Shown: piece by piece, positions 1-12,100 of the stretch
How the letters are laid out: every line of letters starts with the position of its first letter
How positions within the stretch are numbered: position 1 is the first letter of the stretch
Source of the DNA: Callorhinchus milii
Taxonomy: Eukaryota
Length of the DNA: 64,000 bases
NCBI RefSeq assembly: GCF_018977255.1
Contig: NW_024704743.1
Location: forward strand, 54,376,001 to 54,440,000
Direction of reading: 5' to 3'
Made by a program: the position numbers and the translations under genes
The notes under the pieces: model-generated
Seen by the model: the letters and a program-made list of their open reading frames with translations, nothing else
Told to the model about the DNA's origin: nothing
Databases searched by the model: none

Positions 1-1509
1 GACTGTTTGTGGGACGCTGCTGTGTGCAATTGTCTGCTGCGTTTCGCCCACAAATATACAATCAATTCACTTTACAGCATATTCTGTGAAGCGCTTTGAG
101 ATGTCGAGAAGACGTGAAAAGCGCTATATCAAATGCAAGGATTATATTATTATTATGTCTCAAAGCCCTTCACATTAAATTTGTGGATTTACTGTAAATT
201 GATGAACGCGGCATTCAATTTGTGCACAGCAATGTCTCTCAAACAGCCGTGAAGTGAATGCCCAATTTTAATTGGGAGAATTGTTGGCCAGATTGTTGGC
301 CCCCTTTCAAGAATAGTGCATTGAAGTTTCTTGGAGGTCCATTGGAGCTGGCCCCTTCCACAGAAATGTACTCAGGAAGGTAAAGAGTGTCAGCACAGAA
401 TTGGGAAATGAAACACATTGCTGCATTTGCTACCCTGTGATTCTCCCATTGCTAGTGCATGTTTGACCTGGTGGTCTTAGCGTCTAATGATCATTGTTTT
501 ACTTATTCTCAGCACAGGTCAGTGGGAAAGACACAATTCTGTACATCAGGACCCCAGTAATGAACTAGCACAAGATTAAAGGGCACCCTTCAGCAAAGCA
601 TTGACAGAAGGGCTGCGAAGGAACACATATAACAATGATTACTGTGCAATGGGCAAGAATGAATAACACAAATTAACTGGAAAATGTTAAATTTATATAC
701 ACGATCAAATACATATCATTACATTGTAGAGTGCCAAGTGTTTTCACAGCAGCTTAAGGGAATCATTATCAATGAACAAATTTAAAGAGAGGAGAAAAAC
801 ATGAGTGGGAAAACAGAAACGTTCCAATTTGAGCTAAGCAGAATTGAATTTTAAGATTGAATTTGAATTACCAATGAAGCTGGGTGTAACACAGCAGAAG
901 TTTAATGGTCGAATTAAGCATGCAGGATAAACAATGATAAGCCCACAAAAATAGAGGAAGAGAAGGGATTTATTGCTGACAGATCTGAGGGGGTTTTTGG
1001 GCCACAAAACAAAAGCAGGAGCTGCACATAGAATATTTGGTACATTTGACACAGAATGGATTTGTTCCCAAAAAAATCAATAATAATAATAATAATGATC
1101 CTTACATTTGGTTTTAACACCTTTTATAACAAGAAGACACCCCAAAGTGCTTTACAGGATATAGTGTAAAGTTGTGTGACTTGTATGTTGTGAGCAAATA
1201 CAACAGCCAATTTGGACACAGCAATGTCCCACAAGCAGTCATGAAGCAATGAGTGACCAATTGTATTTGGGGAATTGTTGGCCAGGCCACTGGGAGACAC
1301 TCCCTTCTCTTTTCGAAAGTGCCATGAGATCTTTAACATCCACCTGATCAGATAGATGGGGCCTCACAGATAGGAGGGAACATCCCAGTCCCAGTTTCAA
1401 TGGATGATCTTGCAGAAATATTTCTGAACTGATTCTACTTTCCTGGCGTGGTAAGGCTGATGAGTACATTTTGGAGAAGCAACTGTATGTTTCAGGATGG
1501 GACGTACAA

Positions 1510-2050
1510 CAAGAACAAGAACAATAACAGCTTGCATTTATATAACGCCCTTCATGCAGTATAGCATCTTTTTGCGCTTAAAGTTGAGGAGTCTGACACT
1601 GAGCTGGGGGAGGGAGGAGGTGACTCTAAGCACAGTCCAAGAGGAAGGTCTTCAGGCGTAATCTAAAAAAGGCGAAGGAGGGGGCAAAGCAAAAGGATTG
1701 AGGCCGAGAGTTGCATAGTTTCAGGGCGTAGTGCCTGAAAGCATGGCTGCTGATAGTGAAGTGGATGAAAGGGGAATGTACAGGTGGGGAATGATCGAAT
1801 GGGGAGTAAGCAGAGGTCAGTGAGGTACCAGGGCATAAAGGGATTTGTAGACAAGTGTGAGGATCCTGAAATCAATCCATTCTGTGACAGGGAGTCAGTG
1901 AAGCCTGACTAGAATTGGTGTGATGTGGGACGACTTTTATGCTGTTTAGGATATGACTGGTGAAGTTTTGAATTAAATGGATTTCATGAATAGTCGTGCT
2001 GGGGAGACCAGTGAAGAAGGCATTGGAGTATTCGAGTTGCGAGGCAACAA
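1510..2050 (-). mobile_element. Old L2 3' fragment
   Basis: VASQLEYSNAFFTGLP..IHLIQN in ORF 1872..2054; L2 tail at ~1520. Confidence 0.8.
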
Positions 2051-3430
2051 ACAAGAAAACAGTGAATCTTGGATCAGAGTTTAAAGCAATAATAAATATC
2101 GTAACTACAATTCTACAAGTGTTTATAAATGTCTGATAGGCTGGAATATAAACATTCTATCAAGCATCTATTGATACAAAGGTGAAAATCAGAAAGATTG
2201 GGTTTGCCAGTAAACAGTAAATGTTTGAATCGTTGCTTTATGAAAATCAATAGCAAACACGTTTATACAGTTCTTCTGGGTTGATAAAGCAATGATGACC
2301 TTTATTCATAAAGGCTTTATTTCATCAAAGGAAAAAAAACATGGGGTCTTAAATGACACACTAAACATAATGTATGTAAATTAACACTAATGTTATAGTT
2401 ATAGAGTTAATAGGAAAGCAAGCATAAATGTTGCACCTCAAATTCCTATGAGGGTTTTGTGATTCCTATTGGAGTCATCAGTTTGCATTAATGAAGTATG
2501 AATATGCAATATAACAGGATATAGGTGAAAGCTTTATATTGAAAACCAAGTGGGACTCAAGGTAGCAGGAAGGCAGAACCAGTAACCTAAACAGCAGACT
2601 TGAACACCCTCCCTCGCTATGTTCTTGGATTGGCCATCTCAAATAAGACTCACAATAAATGCTCTGCTGGAGACAAGTCAGTGTGACCATGGGCCTGGCC
2701 TCCCTTCATAACAAACTGGAGAAAAGGGAATCAAGCTTCTTCAACATGTTAGTAGATATGACTATGGCATTCAAGTGCCTTCCCAGTCAGCCTACGGGCT
2801 TGTGATCAAGGACTTCACAAAGCCATGTAACTGGTGACTTCTTTCCCCCAGAAAACATTATTAAAAATACCGACAAAAATCACATCATGAAATGAACTTG
2901 CTAACACTGCTGGAGTATGCCTGTCAGGTGATCCATAAAACACATATGAGCTTTGGCCGGACTGCCAATCAGACGACCATCATAACATTGGGTTCAGAGG
3001 TTGTATGGAGAGATTTGAAAAGTAGGCGCTAAATTCACTGAAACTGAGGTTAAGACAAGATACCAAACTATGAATATTTTTGATGAGTTGCATAGAGAAA
3101 TTATTCCTGCTAGTCAGTAGCAAGAGGGCAGAAGTTGCAGATTATCACCAGAAGAAAAGAAAGGGAAGGTAACAGAATGTTGTTTGTTTGTTTGTTTGTT
3201 TATTTAGCAACCAGCTTGGGTCTGAAATGCTGTATTCTGTCCAGCGCCTTGGGACGTTCTCCCGACGTGAAAGGCGCTATACAAATGTAATCTTGTTGTT
3301 GTTTGTACACATTTAGAATATGGAATGACTTACCCCAAGTTCTATTAAAGCTGAGTTCGTTAACAGTATTTAAATACAAAATATTATTGAAGTGCATGGG
3401 GAAAACAGGAGAGGAATACATTTTAGAGTA

Positions 3431-3810
3431 GAAAACTCCAGTGTGGTGGCCAGCACAAGCATAATAGTCTTATAAGCGAGAGGCCAAGGTTTGATTACAG
3501 GCAGGGTGAAACCTTGGGCAAGTTTCCTTACTCCACACGCCTGATAATAAACCCTCAATAAAAAAAATGCGTCACTTCAATCCACGACTGTTTGTTGGAC
3601 ACTAATGTGGGCAAAATCTCTGTAGCCAATTGCTCACATTAGTGTCCAACAAACAGTCGTGGATTGAAGTGACGCATTTGAGCAATTGGCTACAGAGATT
3701 TTGCCCACAAATATACAGTCAATTCACTTTGCGGTATATTCTGTGAAGCGCTTTGAGAGGTCTAGAAGATGTGAAAAGCCCTATATCAAATGCAAGGATT
3801 ATTATATTAC
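3431..3810 (+). mobile_element. tRNA-derived SINE carrying an internal inverted duplication
   Basis: Decayed head, gggcaagtttccttactccacacgc core and L2-type tail; rearranged at 3565-3709. Confidence 0.9.
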
Positions 3811-4437
3811 AATTTTATAGTCTGAATAGCCTCTTTCTATGCAATAATTCTGATTCAATTTTGCCTCTATGACATTTACTCAAGGATCAGCATGTTCACA
3901 TGCTATCCAAGTCATCTCCTGAATGCATTGCAGTGTCAATTGCTTTTAAAAAAATACAGCCAGAGTAAAAGAACATTTTGTCAGCTAACTGAGGATCTTA
4001 AGCAGCCAGGTGTATAACAGAGCCGGGAGTCTCAAGCTGCATGTTCACATGCTGCAGGCTCTGCACAAAGTATATGATGTGAGATTTACACTCTGCACAT
4101 TGTGACCTCTCCCACTGCATTTGTTATCTCCTCATCAAAACGAGCAGCCAAGTCCAATGTTTCCAGTCACGCATAAATTATAAAACATTATCTCCTATGA
4201 TTTCACCTCAGGGCAAGCAATCTTGTATCTTGTTCTCAGTTGAAGTATGAAACGCAATTATTCCACCACTCCACAGTCACCTCCATGATGAATATGAATG
4301 CAATGCTATATTATTCTTCTGGTACTTATTGCTCCATACCTAACAAACCATTTACATTGATATGTTAAACACCACCTAGTTACATGTTATCTATTAGTGC
4401 TCTGCAGTATCGTAGTTTCTCCAATGGGTTAAATTAC

Positions 4438-4466
4438 CTTTAAGTTTGCACCCTGCTGCTTTTCTC
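4438..4466 (-). CDS. Candidate exon O (RKAAGCKLK, phase 2->1)
   Basis: aaatatttcag| acceptor and AAG|gtaatt donor; 29 nt; phase matches exon N. Confidence 0.35.
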
Positions 4467-5299
4467 CTGAAATATTTTATTAACTGTAATTGTATGTGTT
4501 GTCATTCGAAACAATTCTATAAATGTACTGTAAATGTCAACTACACTTTCCAAATGATGTATAAATTTGATTTGCATAAGACTGACCGTCACTGAGAAGT
4601 ATGCGATTAGCTTGTGAAGGGCTAAATTGTCACCTTGTACAAAGTTTGTTTCCAGGGTAGATTTTAGGGTGATTGGATTGTTGGTGTGTTACAGAACGTA
4701 AAGGGTAGTAAACATGTAGTGTTTCGAGGGAGACCAGAAACAGTGGCCATGTTACCATTGACCAGCACACTTTAGGGGTGAGAATTAAGGTATAAAGATA
4801 ACAGATTTTTTAAGAAGACTGAAGGTTACCACATTTTTAACATGAATTGGAAGGGATTGTGTCAAGGTTCATCAATAAATGAAGAAGAAACAGAGACCAT
4901 AATAAGTCTCTTGTCAAGAATAGTGATGGCAAGAGTGAAGAAGATCAGTGTGAGTGCTGGAAGGAAACCAGGATAACAACTGTGTGCATTCATATCATAT
5001 CCTTCACTCAGAATAATGTCTCAGAGCACTTTACAATGGTCAGGCAAATGGCGAGCAGTGGGGGAAGGGGGTAGAGGGAAGAAGGGGACCCTAGTAGAAT
5101 TTATATATGGAAATTTTAAGCGAAATAATCGCAAATTATGGCAATGTATCCTGCAACATGCATTGTATTCAGAAATATCGTGAAACTGTATTAAAATCTG
5201 GAAAACATCTAGTGAAATTAACAACATTAACATAGCACCCACCACACGGGGTAGCATCTCGGAACATTGAACAATGACGTAGTTTACGCCTAGCTAGGA

Positions 5300-5665
5300 G
5301 AAAGAACAGAAGGCACAATCAAAGAGGAAAGTCTTCAAGTGTGATCTGAAGACCGGTAAAGAGGGGATACACCAGGAGGTTCCAGAGGTTCAGGGCACAG
5401 TGGCTGAAAGCATGGCTGCCAATTGTGGAATGGAGAGGTCGGGGATGCACAGAAGGTCCAAGGTGGCTAAGCAAATGGGGGTGAGTAGAGGAGTGGGGTT
5501 GCAGAGGTAGGGTAGTGCTTGGGCATGAAGTGGTTTGTAAGTAAGCATGAGGTTTTTGAAATTGATGTGTTCTGCAACAGGAGGCAAATGGAAAAGTATT
5601 GGTTAATGAGGGTATGGAGTTTGGTATAGGTGAGAATATAGGCAGCGGAGTTCTGAATCACTTGG
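5300..5665 (-). mobile_element. Old L2 fragment
   Basis: QVIQNSAAYILT and INFKNLMLTYKPLHAQALPYL motifs. Confidence 0.8.
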
Positions 5666-6867
5666 AAAAAGATTGATACCACATACATTTATATTTATTT
5701 AGGTATCAGCATGGCTCAGTTGTTAGCACTGTGTGTCAGAAGATCTTGGGTTCAAGTCCCATGTCAGGACTTTGAACCCATATAGTCTATGCCAACACTC
5801 CAAAGCAGTTCTGTGATGTCCTGCATTGCTGGAGGTGTCATCCTCTGGATAAGATGTTAAACCGAGGTATTATTGTTCTCAGGAGTAGTACCAACAGCAG
5901 TAGTATGTTACTGTACCAATTCATTTTTTTCTTTAAGACCACAACTAAAATAAATTGATTTACAAAATTAAATAACATTGATAAAGAATTCCTGAGCTCA
6001 AGCAACAATAACAACAACAACAATAAAATTACATTTATAGAGCGCCTTTCACGTCGGGAGGACACATTTTCTTTGGAGTTTCAAAATCACATTGCAGGTT
6101 AATGTCAAGTTTCTTGATAAATTTATTATTAAGCTAACTAATAAGTTAACAACTATGTTTAATATCCAAAGTGTTCATTTGAACACAATGGGTAAAATGT
6201 GTGGCATTTTAGAACATGTTAGGAAAATAAAGGAAGGACAAGAGGTGTAGATAAAGATATAACTGAGATGTATATAAAAATGTCCTGGCCAACAACTCTC
6301 CAGGTAAAAATAAATAGTCATTCCCTTTACAGCTATCTGTGGGACTTTGCTATTCACAAATTGACTGCTGCTTTCGCTTACAAAATACACAGTGACCACA
6401 TTTCACAATAAATACTGTGAAGCCCTTTGAGGCGTCTAGCGATGTTAAGGACACTATATAAAAGCAAGGGTAACTATCAGCAAAGTAAGTGAGAGGAAGA
6501 CTTAAAGAGAGCAATTCTGAAAAATAATCATAAGAGAAAGACTTCTGCAGCAGAGAAGCAAATGAGAAGAGAAATATAAACCACCATGAGGTCTGTGTTC
6601 TGAGATGCCACAAAATTCAGCCCTTTGTACAATATTCAATTTTAATTTCCAAAATCTTGTAGGTACATGAATAATACTTTTTTGAAAATTATTTTCGAAG
6701 CGAGTTTGCAAGCTAAGTCTTTTTCTAAATATTGTCTTGATCCGTAAATATTAGGGTAGGCTTTTACATTTCACTTTCAGCTTACAATTGATTCAGAGCA
6801 TTTCAGAACAGATTCCCACATTTTAAAGCATTCATATTTATTGCTATAAACCAGATATTTCCTTTAC

Positions 6868-6997
6868 CGTTCCTCAAAAGCCACCGGGTTGAAATCTCTA
6901 TCTCCTTCCAATTCCAGCTCATTGTAAATATTTTCAATGTCATGAAGAGGGTCAGCTGCACCTTCTGTGGGAATGATGCTATCATTCTCAAAGGATT
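6868..6997 (-). CDS. Candidate exon N, acidic (SFENDSIIPTEGAADPLHDIENIYNELELEGDRDFNPVAFEE, phase 1->2)
   Basis: Acceptor cttctttatccctatttaaag| after a long pyrimidine tract, donor ACG|gtaaag, 130-nt open frame with protein-like composition. Confidence 0.6.
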
Positions 6998-7187
6998 CTT
7001 TAAATAGGGATAAAGAAGCCGAGAGGAGATAAAAAAAAGATAGAGAGAGATAGGGTCAGTAAATGTGAGGTCAGTGAGAAAGTTTAATGGCAGCTCAGCT
7101 CTAGAAGATAAAATCATCAAGCTTAGCTAAAGGGGCTGGCTTAGTGATGAGACAAGAGACCACAGAGCTAAACTTGTCCAGTAAAAC

Positions 7188-7239
7188 CTGAGTTGATCAG
7201 ATAATCTGTCCTTGTTCTTGGATAATTATACAGGCAGCC
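7188..7239 (-). CDS. Candidate exon M (GCLYNYPRTRTDYLINS, phase 0->1)
   Basis: Strong acceptor ttgtgtgtttctccag|, donor CAG|gtttta. Phase bridges exons L and N. Confidence 0.45.
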
Positions 7240-10047
7240 CTGGAGAAACACACAATTTTTGTAAAAAAGAATGATAGGCAGAGAGCAGAAGAGGTAAGCA
7301 CAGCTATGAACAGGACGTGCCATGAAAAGGACAGTTAAAAAGTGTGCCATGGAGGTGAGGGAGGAAAAAGAACATATAATAATGATCCTTGCATTTAATA
7401 ACAACAATAAAAACAACTTGCATTTACATAGCATCCTTCACGCACTGTAGCATCTTGGAACACTTAACAAAGAGCCTTATCATGTCAAAACGCTTCACAG
7501 AGTTTCTCTGTAAATTGTAGAAATTGTGTATTTGCAAGCAAACACCGCAGTCAATTTTGCACAATAATGTTCCACAAATCAATAGGTGAATACCATTTTT
7601 TNAAAACTGGGGCAATTGTTCACAAAGACACTGAGAGACCCTATTCTCTTCTCAAATAGTAGCACAGGAACTTTAATATTGACCTAAACAGGCAGTCTGG
7701 ACAACAACAAATTACATTTGTATAGCACTTTTCACGTCAGGAAGGATGTTCAACTTTTGAAGGATGGCAACCCCAAACAATGTAGCACTCCCCCAGCACT
7801 GTGCTGGAGTGTTAACATAGACTATGAGCTCAAAGTGTTGAACTGGGGCTTGAACCCACAATGTTCTGATTCCAAACTGAGAGTGCTACCATCTGAGCCA
7901 GACTGACACTTGGAAATAAGTTTGGAAAATAGTTGAGAGGCAAACAAAAAAGGAAGCTGAATTATAGATAAAGATATTGCAATAGCCCTAGAGGGAAAAA
8001 ATATAAGAAAAGAGAATAGAGGAAGATGTTAAGCGCTCTGAGATGCTACCCTGCTTGGAGGGCACTATATAAGTGCAAGTTGTTGCTGTTGTTGACACAC
8101 AGCAGTGAGTACACCTGAAAAATTATCTCTAGAGGAAGAACTGGCAGTGGGAAAAAAGTGGATGGAGCAGATGAGAAAAGTAAATTAATCTTACTGTCTT
8201 GAATAAGGGGAAACATTCTAGTCTTTATTTCAGATAACAACTCAAGACAAATGACTCCGCAGGACATATTAGTTTTGATGAAGGGCATGTGAAAAAGACA
8301 AAGGCTTTCCATTTTAAAATGAATCGCCGCTCGAGTGATGTATCTGTGAAAATAATAAATATGATTAAATGTAATCAGGACTCAAGATGGCAAAGTAGGC
8401 AAATGTTGCATTTCTTGTGTAGACCCTGGACGAGATGCAGATGAAATATGCATAATATTAGACAGGACTGCTGTTGTTGAATGCCTGTAGGAGAAGCACC
8501 TGGAAGATTAAAGCTGTGGACACAACATTAAGAAAGTGCAGGCCACACTGAATTAATGAGCACCACGGATAGATACTCAGTGGAGTCTTAATTTATTTTC
8601 CCTTTCTAGCCCATCCTTTACAAAAATGACAGCATCCCCTTATCGATTTTACACTCAGAGATCAATCAGAATTGTCCTGACTCAGACAAAATTTACAGCA
8701 CTCGCTGACAGAGCCTGGAGCATCTGGGTCTGGCAGCAGTTAACAAGGAAGCAATATATAATGTTTGTAGTAGGAGATGGGCTTGGTTTAAAAAAAATAA
8801 GCTAATCTGTACTGGAATTTCCTCCTTTCTGTCAAGCCAGTCTGCCCAGCTTTTTGGCCCCTTGTTATGAATTTCCCTCAAGTCATACTATTAATTATAA
8901 CATGTTCCAAGGATTCATGTATTTAGGCCCACAGGGAGGTCATCTACTCTGCTGTTTTAGATAAAATATAAACTAACAGATCACTCCTACTTAAACAATG
9001 TGAAGTGTCATTTTGATGTACTCCATAAAAGAGCCTGAGGTGTTCCATCAAGAGCTATGATCAATTCTGACAGCCTAACAATATCAACACTAAATGATGG
9101 GCCCGTGTGTTCCTAAACAGCCTCAATGGAAATCTCTGCATCCGGAGGCCCATTGTGTAACTAACCAGCTGTATCAAATGCAATAATTACGGAAATAAAT
9201 CGAGCAGAATTCTAATGCAGATTTTGTATATTTTCAGTTGTTTCCAGCAATTTATAAAGCGCTACTTACGTGGCAATTAGAATATTCTAAAGAGGAATTG
9301 CAACCGATTAACATCTGATTTTTTTCTTAAAAAGTGTCAATATAGTTGAATATGCACAAGTGGTTTACATTTATTTCTTGAAACAAAATCCATGTCTAGA
9401 GCCAAGTTCAAAAGTGGCAGAAAATGTAGACCATTTCCTTTAAAATTTTAACAAATAATGTAACCAATTTACCAACTATTGTTGCTTGGCTGCTTTTGAT
9501 GCAAAACCCCAAATACAGTATCAGAAACAGAATGAAAAGTTTGAGAGAGAGAATCGCAATTCACATTCCTCATTCTACATATCGTCCTTTAATGCACACA
9601 ATTGTGTTATTCCTCTGTTGCATGCAGTAAAATTATACCTCAAATCACTGAAGATTAAATCCTGTGGTGCAATCGCACTTCAGTTCAAAATCATTGCCTC
9701 ATAACAATTAGCAATCTAAATAGATATATTAATTAACTTGGTTTATAACAATTTTCCCTAATATCAAATTTTTTTAAATATCATATTATAAAATACTGTA
9801 ATTTTTTGACTTATTTATGTGATTGTTGCTATTTTTTTTCTAAATCTTAGCATTATTTAGGTTATTTCAGCGTTATTAAAATGTTATAAAATATTTGATC
9901 ATATTATATGACAGAATTGAATAATTATTTTCAAGAAATTGTCAGGACGCCCTCTTCCCCAACCCTTTGAAGGCATGGATTGTAAACCCATTCATTGTCC
10001 GGTAAGACTTTTGAGGTATGTTTCCATCTTTTGGGAATTTTACTTAC

Positions 10048-10134
10048 AGAAAAATAATTGGTCATGGCAGTGCTGCATGGCTCAGGATGATAGTCTGTTT
10101 GTGCCTTAAGGTGAAAAGTATCCAGAATCGGATG
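10048..10134 (-). CDS. Candidate exon L (HPILDTFHLKAQTDYHPEPCSTAMTNYFS, phase 0->0)
   Basis: ctaatttaattatcag| acceptor, TCT|gtaagt donor, 87-nt open frame. Confidence 0.5.
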
Positions 10135-10359
10135 CTGATAATTAAATTAGTTGGCAAAGTTGTTGGCATTATTCCCTTCGATAGGGTGAGGTGGGTGATT
10201 GCTACAGTTAAAGTGGACCATGTTGTGGTTTCCATATATACAAGGAGCTATTATCACCTGTCAGATAAGGAGTGAAATATAACAACAACTTGCATTTATA
10301 CAGTGCCCTTCACCCAGGACAGCATCCTACCTAGGAAGTCTAAAGAATCAATAACTGGG

Positions 10360-10822
10360 TAGAGTCAAGATCTCTAGGAAAACAATTGTTGAATTGTGTC
10401 AAATAATAATAGGGAACTTAAGGAGGTCCATAAGTAGAACTGCTCTGCCTGTGGCTGTGAAACTCACATCTGTGCTGAGTTGTTGCGAGTTGATCGTTTG
10501 AGGTCAATTATATTCCTCACCTGCCTTTGCCAAGGTGCTGAGCTTCATCATCTGCACATCTGAGATTGGAGTAGCCACTGTTGATCACTTTACAAAGCTT
10601 TCTAGTACATCAATGTGCAGATGGTTTGTGATGCACAATGAAGGACCTTACACATCAATTCACATTCCTGAGATTAATACACGACTCCTCAATCTCAGAT
10701 AGCAGCCTTTGAACATGATGGCAATCTGCAAGGCTAGTTATTAGGAGATTTGGGTTACATCATGATACGCTTCTCAACCCGCAAACGTCAGAAAAAATAG
10801 AGGTAAAACCAGGCACACAAGA
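10360..10822 (+). pseudogene. Decayed PIF/Harbinger (HARBI1-like DDE) transposase fragment
   Basis: Manual translation across stops and frameshifts gives, in order: SRKTIVELCQII, RTALPVAVKLTSVL..AS*SFE, KAF*YINVQMVCDA, HDSSILR, G*LLGDLGY, LNPQT..R*NQAH. These match the known Harbinger motif series. Confidence 0.8.
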
Positions 10823-11314
10823 TAATAATAATCCTTGCATTTGATATAGTGCATAGAATGTCAAAACTTCTTAAAGCACTTCACAGAGAATTGCTGTCAA
10901 GTCGAAAAGCTCTCTTGTCCTTTTTAAAATGTACCATTCTATCTTTAATACCCACCTGAACAGAACTTCCGATTAACATCCAAAGGACGGCACCTCCAGC
11001 AATACAACACTCTATCAGTATTGAGATACTGCCTGCATGAAGGATGCTATATAAGTGCAAGTTGTGTTGTTATTCTGCTCTAGAGTGCCAGTTTAGCTCA
11101 AAATCGTGTTATGTGGTTTGAACCTACAGCCTTCTGACAGCAGAAAGCAGAAGAAAGTGTGTTTCCAAGCTCATATGTATTCTCATTTAGCAGATAATTG
11201 GGGTCATCATATAATAATTTCAGTGCACCTGTATGAGGGTGGGTTTTGGGGCGGGTGGGTTTACAATGTGAAATGGTGAATATGTGTCAATAAATATGTA
11301 GTCTGCTTCACTTT

Positions 11315-12100
11315 CCATTTCTATGCCTCTATCTCCACCTACCCGACCTCCCCCTAAAACTCTCCGAACCCGTACGCAACCTAGGCGTCAGGTTCGACCC
11401 CCAATTATTCTTCCTCCCCCACATCCGGTCCCTCACAAGCCCTGCTTTCTTCCACCTCCGATGCATCACCTGCCTCCGCCAATACCTCTCCCCAAAAGCC
11501 GCTGAAACCCTGGTCCATGCCTTTGTCACCTCTCAGCTGGACTACTCTAACGCTCTCCTCGCCGGTCTCCCATCCACTACCATCCATAAAATCTAAATCA
11601 TTCAAAACTCTGCCTCCCGTATTCTCACCCGCACGAAAACTCCGCTCCCCGATCACCCCAGTCCTTGCCAGACTGCACTGGCTGCCTATCCCAGAGAGGA
11701 TCGATTTCAAGATCCTCACCCTTGTATTCAAGTCCCTGCACTCCTCTGCAACCCCCTACCTCTCTGACCTCCTCTCCCCTCAAAACAGTACCTGTTGCCT
11801 TCGTTCCTCCGGGTCTGGCCTCCTCCTCGTCCCCCGTGTCATCCACTCCACCCTCGGCGGCCGTGCCTTCAGCCACTATTCCCCGAGGCTCTGGAAATGC
11901 CTTCCTCACTCCCTTCGTCTCGCTCCCTCCCTTCCCATTTTCAGGCCTCTGCTGAAGACCTTTCTTTTTGACCGCGCCTTTGGTCACCTTCCTCCCCCTC
12001 CCCCTGGCTCGGTCACAGGATCCGTTACTGTAAAGCGCTCTGAGAAGCCTTCCGGCGTGGAGGGCACTATATAAATCCAAGTTGTTGTTGTTGTTGTTGT
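11315..12100 (+). mobile_element. L2-clade LINE, 5'-truncated 3' fragment with (TTG)n tail
   Basis: ORF 11517..12074 contains ITPVLARLHWLPIPERIDFKIL..PYLSDLL..LRS..GGRAFS..LKTFLF, the L2 ORF2 C-terminus. Confidence 0.95.

Noticed and set aside
7602..7602. Single N base
   Set aside because: Sequencing ambiguity inside a SINE remnant.
11329..12080. Antisense and alternate-frame ORFs over L2 (also 36676-37281, 18418-18835, 55304-56075)
   Set aside because: They result from the C/T-rich, stop-poor L2 sequence and are not independent genes.
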